DNA of 64,000 bases from Eledone cirrhosa (lineage: Eukaryota): positions 163,308,001 through 163,372,000 of the forward strand of contig OZ024742.1 in the NCBI GenBank assembly GCA_964016885.1, read 5' to 3'. Below the pieces are notes generated by a model. The model made no database searches. It had not been told where the DNA came from and was given only the letters and a program-made list of their open reading frames with translations. The translations under genes and the position numbers were made by a program. Positions 57,001-64,000 of the stretch are shown piece after piece. Position 1 is the first letter of the stretch. Every line of letters starts with the position of its first letter.

Positions 57001-60000
57001 ATCTCCCCTTGGACGGCTAGAAATTATCTCTCTTTGGACGGCTGGAAATTATCACCCTTTGATTTTTTTTACAAATTATCTCCCCTTGATTTTTTTTACA
57101 AATCTCCCCCTGATTTTTTAAAAAAAATTATCTCCCCTTCGCTGGCTGGAAATTATCTCCCCTTGGACACTGGAAATTATAGCCCCTTGGAGGGCTGGAA
57201 ATTATCTTCCCTTGGACGGCTGGAAATTATCACTCCTTGATTTTTTTACAAATTATCTCCCCCTGATTTTTTTTTACAAATTATCCCCCCCGATTTTTTT
57301 TACAAATTATCTCCCCCTGATTTTTTTTACAAATTATCTCCCCTTGGACGGCTGGAAATTATCTCCCCTTGGACGGCTGGAAATTATCTCCCCTTGGACG
57401 GCTAGAAATTACCTCTCCTTGGACGACTGAAAATTATCTCCCCTTGGACGGCTGCAAATTATCTCCCCTTGATTTTTTTTACAAATTATCTACCCCTGAT
57501 TTTTTTTTACAAATTATCTCCCCCTGATTTTTTTTACAAATAAACTCCCCCTGATTATTTTTTACAAATTATCTCCCCCTGATTTTTTTTTACAAATTAC
57601 CTCCCCCTGATTTTTTTTACAAATTATCTCCCCCTGATTTTTTTACAAATTATCTCCCCTTGGCTGGCTGGAAATTATCTCCCCTTGGAGGCTGGAATTT
57701 ATCTCCCCTTGGACGGCTGGAAATTATCTCTCCTTGGATGGCTAGAAATTACCTCTCCTTGGACGGCTGGAAAATATGTCTCCTTGGACGGCTGGAAATT
57801 ATCTCCCCTTGGACGGCTGGAAATTATCTCCCCTTGATTTTTTTTACAAATTATCTCCCCCTGATTATTTTTTACAAATTATCTCCCGCTGATTTTTTTT
57901 TACAAATTATCTCCCCCTGATTTTTTTTACAAATTATCTCCCCCTGATTTTTTTACAAATTATCTCCCCTTGGCTGGCTGGAAATTATCTCCCCTTGGAG
58001 GCTGGAATTTATCTCCCCTTGGACGGCTGGAAATTATCTCTCCTTGGACGGCTAGAAATTACCTCTCCTTGGACGGCTGGAAAATATGTCTCCTTGGACG
58101 GCTGGAAATTATCTCCCCTTGATTTTTGTTACAAATTATCTCCCCCTGATTTTTTTTTACAAATTATCTCCCCGATTTTTTTTTACAAATTATCTCCCCC
58201 TGATATTTTTTTACAAATTATCTCCCCCTGATATTTTTTACAAATTATCTCCCCCTGATTTTTTTACAAATTATCTCCCCTTGGCTGGCTGGAAATTATC
58301 TCCCCTTGGACGGCTGGAAATTATCTCCCCTTGGACGGCTAGATATTACCTCCCCTTGGACGGCTGGAAATTATCTCCCCTTGATTTTTTTTACAAATTA
58401 TCTCCCCCTGATTTTTTTTTACAAATTATCTCCCCCTGATTTTTTTTTACAAATTATCTCCCCCTGATTTTTTTTTTACAAATTATCTCCCCCCTGATTT
58501 TTTTACAATCTCCGCCTGATTTTTTTAAAAATTATCTTCCCTTGGCTGGCGGGAAATTATCTCCCCTTGGACGGCTGGAAATTATCTGCCCTTGATTTTG
58601 TTTTTACAAATTATCTCCCCCTGATTTTTTTTACAAATTATCTCCACCTGATTTTTTAAAAAATTATCTCCCCTTGGACGGCAGTAAATTATCTCTCCTT
58701 GGCTGGAAATTATCTCCCCTTGGACGGCTAGAAATTATCTCTATTTGGACGGCTGGAAATTATCTCCCTTTGATTTTTTTACAAATTATCTCCCCCTGAT
58801 TTTTTAAAAAAATTATCTCTCCTTGGACGGCTGGAAATTATCTCCCCTTGATTTTTTTTACAAATTATCTCCCCCTGATTTTTTTTTACAAATTATCTCC
58901 CCCTGATTTTTTTTTACAAATTATCTACCCCTGATTTTTTTTTACAAATTATCTCCCCCTGATTTTTTTTACAAATTATCTCCCCCTGATTTTTTTACAA
59001 ATTATCTCCCCCTGATTTTTTTACAAATTATCTCCCCCTGATTTTTTTTACAAATTATCTCCCCCTGATTTTTTTACAAATTATCTCCCCTTGGCTGGCT
59101 GGAAATTATCTCCCCTTGGAGGCTGGAATTTATCTCCCCTTGGACGGCTGGAAATTATCTCTCCTTGGACGGCTAGAAATTACCTCTCCTTGGACGGCTG
59201 GAAAATATGTCTCCTTGGACGGCTGGAAATTATCTCCCCTTGGACGGCTGGAAATTATCTCCCCTTGGACGGCTAGAAATTACCTCTCCTTGGACGACTG
59301 AAAATTATCTCCCCTTGGACGGCTGCAAATTATCTCCCCTTGATTTTTTTTACAAATTATCTACCCCTGATTTTTTTTTACAAATTATCTCCCCCTGATT
59401 TTTTTTACAAATAAACTCCCCCTGATTATTTTTTACAAATTATCTCCCCCTGATTTTTTTTTACAAATTACCTCCCCCTGATTTTTTTTACAAATTATCT
59501 CCCCCTGATTTTTTTACAAATTATCTCCCCTTGGCTGGCTGGAAATTATCTCCCCTTGGAGGCTGGAATTTATCTCCCCTTGGACGGCTGGAAATTATCT
59601 CTCCTTGGATGGCTAGAAATTACCTCTCCTTGGACGGCTGGAAAATATGTCTCCTTGGACGGCTGGAAATTATCTCCCCTTGGACGGCTGGAAATTATCT
59701 CCCCTTGGACGGCTGGAAATTATCTCTCCTTGGACGGCTAGAAATTACCTCTCCTTGGACGGCTGAAAATTATCTCCCCTTGGACGGCTGGAAATTATCT
59801 CCCCTTGATTTTTGTTACAAATTATCTCCCCCTGATTTTTTTTTACAAATTATCTCCCCCTGATTTTTTTTTACAAATTATCTTCCCCTGATTTTTTTTT
59901 ACAAATTATCTCCCCCTTATATTTTTTGCAAATTATCTCCCCCTGATTTTTTTACAAATTATCTCCCCTTGGCTGGCTGGAAATTATCTCCCCTTGGAGG

Positions 60001-63000
60001 CTTGAATTTATCTCCCCTTGGACGGTTAGAAATTACCTCTCCTTGGACGGCTAGAAAATATGTCTCCTTGGACGGCTGGAAATTATCTCCCCTTGGACGG
60101 CTGGAAATTATCTCCCCTTGGACGGCTGGAAATTATCTCCCCTTGGACGGCTAGATATTACCTCCCCTTGGACGGCTGGAAATTATCTCCCCTTGATTTT
60201 TTTTACAAATTATCTCCCCCTGATTTTTTTTTACGAATTATCTCCCCCTGATTTTTGTTTTACAAACTATCGCCGCCTGATTTTTTTTTAAAAATGATCT
60301 CCCCTTGGACGGCTGGAAATTATCTCCCCTTGGACGGCTGGAAATTATCTCCCCTTGGACGGCTAGAAATTACCTCTCCTTGGACGGCTGAAAATTATCT
60401 CCCCTTGGACGGCTGCAAATTATCTCCCCTTGATTTTTTTAACAAATTATCTCCCCCTGATTTTTTTTACAAATTATCTCTCCCTGATTTTTTTTTACAA
60501 ATTATCTACGCCTAATTTTTTTTACAAATTATCTCCCCCTGATTTTTTTTTACAAATTATCTCCCCCTGATTTTTTTTTACAAATTATCTCCCCCTGATT
60601 TTTTTTTTACAAATTATCTCCCCCCTGATTTTTTTTACAATCTCCGCCTGATTTTTTTAAAAATTATCTTCCCTTGGCTGGCGGGAAATTATCTCCCCTT
60701 GGACGGCTGGAAATTATATCCCCTTGGAAGGATGGAAATTATCTCCCCTTGGACGGCTGGAAATTATCTCCCCTTGGACGGCTGGAAATTATCTCCCCTT
60801 GGACAGCTGGAAATTATCTGCCCTTGATTTTGTTTTTACAAATTATCTCCCCCTGATTTTTTTTACAAATTATCTCCACCTGATTTTTAAAAAATTATCT
60901 CCCCTTGGACGGCAGTAAATTATCTCTCCTTGGCTGGAAATTATCTCCCCTTGGACGGCTAGAAATTATCTCTATTTGGACGGCTGGAAATTATCTCCCT
61001 TTGATTTTTTTTACAAATTATCTCCCCCTGATTTTTTTTAAAAATTATCTCTCCATGGACGGCTGGAAATTATCTCCCCTTGATTTTTTTTACAAATTAT
61101 CTCCCCCTGATTTTTTTTACAAATCTCCCCCTGATTTTTAAAAAAAAATTATCTCCCCTTCGCTGGCTGGAAATTATCTCCCCTTGGACACTGGAAATTA
61201 TAGCCCCTTGGAGGGCTGGAAATTATCTTCCCTTGGACGGCTGGAAATTATCTCTCCTTGATTTTTTTACAAATTATCTCCCCCTGATTTTTTTTTACAA
61301 ATTATACCCCCGATTTTTTTTACAAATTATCTCCCCCTGATTTTTTTTACAAATTATCTCCCCTTGGACGGCTGGAAATTATCTCCCCTTGGACGGCTGG
61401 AAATTATCTCCCCTTGGACGGCTAGAAATTACCTCTCCTTGGACGACTGAAAATTATCTCCCCTTGGACGGCTGCAAATTATCTCCCCTTGATTTTTTTT
61501 ACAAATTATCTACCCCTGATTTTTTTTTACAAATTATCTCCCCCTGATTTTTTTTACAAATTATCTCCCCCTGATTTTTTTACAAATTATCTCCCCCTGA
61601 TTTTTTTACAAATTATCTCCCCCTGATTTTTTTTACAAATTATCTCCGCCTAATTTTTTTAAATATTATCTTCCCTTGGCTGGCGGGAAATTATCTCCCC
61701 TTGGACGGCTGAAAATTATCTCCCCTTGGACGGCTGGAAATTATCTCCCCTTGATTTTTTTTACAAATAAACTCCCCCTGATTATATTTTACAAATTATC
61801 TCCCCCTGATTTTTTTTTACAAATTATCTCCCCCTGATTTTTTTTACAAATTATCTCCCCCTGATTTTTTTACAAATAATCTCCCCTTGGCTGGCTGGAA
61901 ATTATCTCCCCTTGGAGGCTGGAATTTATCTCCCCTTGGACGGCTGGAAATTATCTCTCCTTGGACGGCTAGAAATTACCTCTCCTTGGACGGCTGGAAA
62001 ATATGTCTCCTTGGACGGCTGGAAATTATCTCCCCTTGCACGGCTGGAAATTATCTCCCCTTGGACGGCTGGAAATTATCTCTCCTTGGACGGCTAGAAA
62101 TTACCTCTCCTTGGACGGCTGAAAATTATCTCCCCTTGGACGGCTGGAAATTATCTCCCCTTGATTTTTGTTACAAATTATCTCCCCTGATTTTTTTTTA
62201 CAAATTATCTCCCCCTGATTTTTTTTTACAAATTATCTTCCCCTGATTTTTTATAACAAATTATCTCCCCCTGATATTTTTTACAAATTATCTCCCCCTG
62301 ATTTTTTTACAAATTATCTCCCCTTGGCTGGCTGGAAATTATCTCCCCTTGGAGGCTGGAATTTATCTCCCCTTGGACGGTTAGAAATTACCTCTCCTTG
62401 GACGGCAAGAAAATATGTCTCCTTGGACGGCTGGAAATTATCTCCCCTTGGACGGCTGGAAATTATCTCCCCTTGGACGGCTGGAAATTATCTCCCCTTG
62501 GACGGCTAGATATTACCTCCCCTTGGACGGCTGGAAATTATCTCCCCTTGATTTTTTTTACAAATTATCTCCCCCTGATTTTTTTTACAAATTATCTCAC
62601 CCTGATTTTTTTACAAATTATCTCCCCCTGATTTTTTTACAAATTATCTCCCCCTGATTTTTTTTACAAATTATCTCCGCCTAATTTTTTTAAATATTAT
62701 CTTCCTTTGGCTGGCGGGAAATTATCTCCCCTTGGACGGCTGAAAATTATCTCCCCTTGGACGGCTGGAAATTATCTCCCCTTGATTTTTTTTACAAATA
62801 AACTCCCCCTGATTATATTTTACAAATTATCTCCCCCTGATTTTTTTTACAAATTATCTCCCCCTGATTTTTTTACAAATTATCTCCCCTTGGCTGGCTG
62901 GAAATTATCTCCCCTTGGAGGCTGGAATTTATCTCCCCTTGGACGGCTGGAAATTATCTCTCCTTGGACGGCTGGAAAATATGTCTCCTTGGACGGCTGG

Positions 63001-64000
63001 AAATTATCTCCCCTTGCACGGCTGGAAATTATCTCCCCTTGGACGGCTGGAAATTATCTCTCCTTGGACGGCTAGAAATTACCTCTCCTTGGACGGCTGA
63101 AAATTATCTCCCCTTGGACGGCTGGAAATTATCTCCCCTTGATTTTTGTTACAAATTATCTCCCTCTGATTTTTTTTTACAAATTATCTCCCCCTGATTT
63201 TTTTTTACAAATTATCTTCCCCTGATTTTTTATAACAAATTATCTCCCCCTGATATTTTTTACAAATTATCTCCCCCTGATTTTTTTACAAATTATCTCC
63301 CCTTGGCTGGCTGGAAATTATCTCCCCTTGGAGGCTGGAATTTATCTCCCCTTGGACGGTTATAAATTACCTCTCCTTGGACGGCAAGAAAATATGTCTC
63401 CTTGGACGGCTGGAAATTATCTCCCCTTGGACGGCTGGAAATTATCTCCCCTTGGACGGCTGGAAACTATCTCCCCTTGGACGGCTAGATATTAGCTCCC
63501 CTTGGACGGCTGGAAATTATCTCCCCTTGATTTTTTTTACAAATTATCTCCCCCTAATTTTTTTTACAAATTATCTCCCCCTGATTTTTTTTACGAATTA
63601 TCTCCCCCTGATTTTTTTTTACAAACTATCTCCGCCTGATTTTTTTTTAAAAATGATCTCCCCTTGGACGGCTGGAAATTATCTCCCCTTGGACGGCTGG
63701 AAATTATCTCCCCTTGGACGGCTAGAAATTACCTCTCCTTGGACGGCTGAAAATTATCTCCCCTTGGACGGCTGGAAATTATCTCCCCTTGATTTTTTTT
63801 ACAAATTATCTCCCCCTGATTATTTTTTACAAATTATCTCCCCCTGATTTTTTTTTACAAATTATCTCCCCCTGATTTTTTTTACAAATTATCTCCCCCT
63901 GATTTTTTTACAAATTATCTCCCCTTGGCTGGCTGGAAATTATCTCCCCTTGGAGGCTGGAATTTATCTCCCCTTGGACGGCTGGAAATTATCTCTCCTT
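42046..64000 (+). repeat. Satellite array 2: composite of type A (GACGGCTGGAAATTATCTCCCCTTG, 25 bp) and type B (A-T(7-10)-ACAAATTATCTCCCCCTG, ~26-29 bp), open at the right edge
   Basis: The core AAATTATCTCCCC recurs every ~25-28 bp. It is followed by either TTGGACGGCTGG or (C/T)TGA-T-run-AC, in alternating runs of each type. Confidence 0.99.
52300..61110 (+). repeat. Imperfect higher-order duplication in array 2, ~5.47-kb period
   Basis: The rare marker GCAGTAAATT occurs at 53211/58681 (+5470) and 55433/60912 (+5479). ORF pairs start at 53622/59091, 55194/60674 and 55426/60905. Confidence 0.8.

Noticed and set aside
45711-60810. CpG-decay variants of GACGG (GACAG near 45713 and 50970, GATGG near 47770 and 57737) as evidence of methylation
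   Set aside because: They are few, partly copies of one event, and not obviously more frequent than non-CpG changes such as GAGGG and GAAGG.
42257-63847. ORFs with repeated peptides such as LEIISPWTAGNYLPLDGWKLSPLGR
   Set aside because: These are the three-frame cycle of a 25-bp repeat. They overlap in all frames and are broken by variable T-runs.
42046-64000. CRISPR-like look (constant core plus variable segment)
   Set aside because: The core is only 13 bp, the variable parts are ~12-16 bp and belong to two recurring classes rather than unique spacers, and there are no cas genes or leader.
42046-64000. From memory, TTATCTCCCCTTGGA resembles a segment of the oyster Cg170/HindIII ~166-bp satellite
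   Set aside because: This is an unverified recollection of a ~15-bp match, and the monomer length and remaining sequence differ. A BLAST or Dfam search is needed before assigning a family or taxon.
42046-64000. T-runs as terminators or retrotransposon tails
   Set aside because: They are integral to monomer B, with no upstream hairpin, gene or target-site duplication. Their exact lengths may also reflect homopolymer sequencing error.

Overview
The window is entirely non-coding tandem-repeat (satellite) DNA, probably from a eukaryotic heterochromatic or (peri)centromeric region; the organism cannot be identified from the sequence. It holds two head-to-tail arrays that meet at a sharp junction at 42045/42046. 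Array 1 (1-42045) has a 9-bp monomer, AATTTT plus a variable triplet (mainly AGG or ATG), and almost no C on the + strand. It is organised into nested higher-order duplications (about 1.1, 1.4, 2.15, 5.6-5.8 and 7.2 kb), and its two ends share variants missing from the core. Array 2 (42046-64000) is a composite of two ~25-28-bp monomer types sharing the core AAATTATCTCCCC, arranged in alternating runs with stereotyped transitions and a ~5.47-kb higher-order repeat. All listed ORFs are repeat artefacts. I can support no protein-coding gene, RNA gene, CRISPR array or mobile element. Offsets were counted by hand from rare marker variants and the ORF track; block boundaries are approximate.
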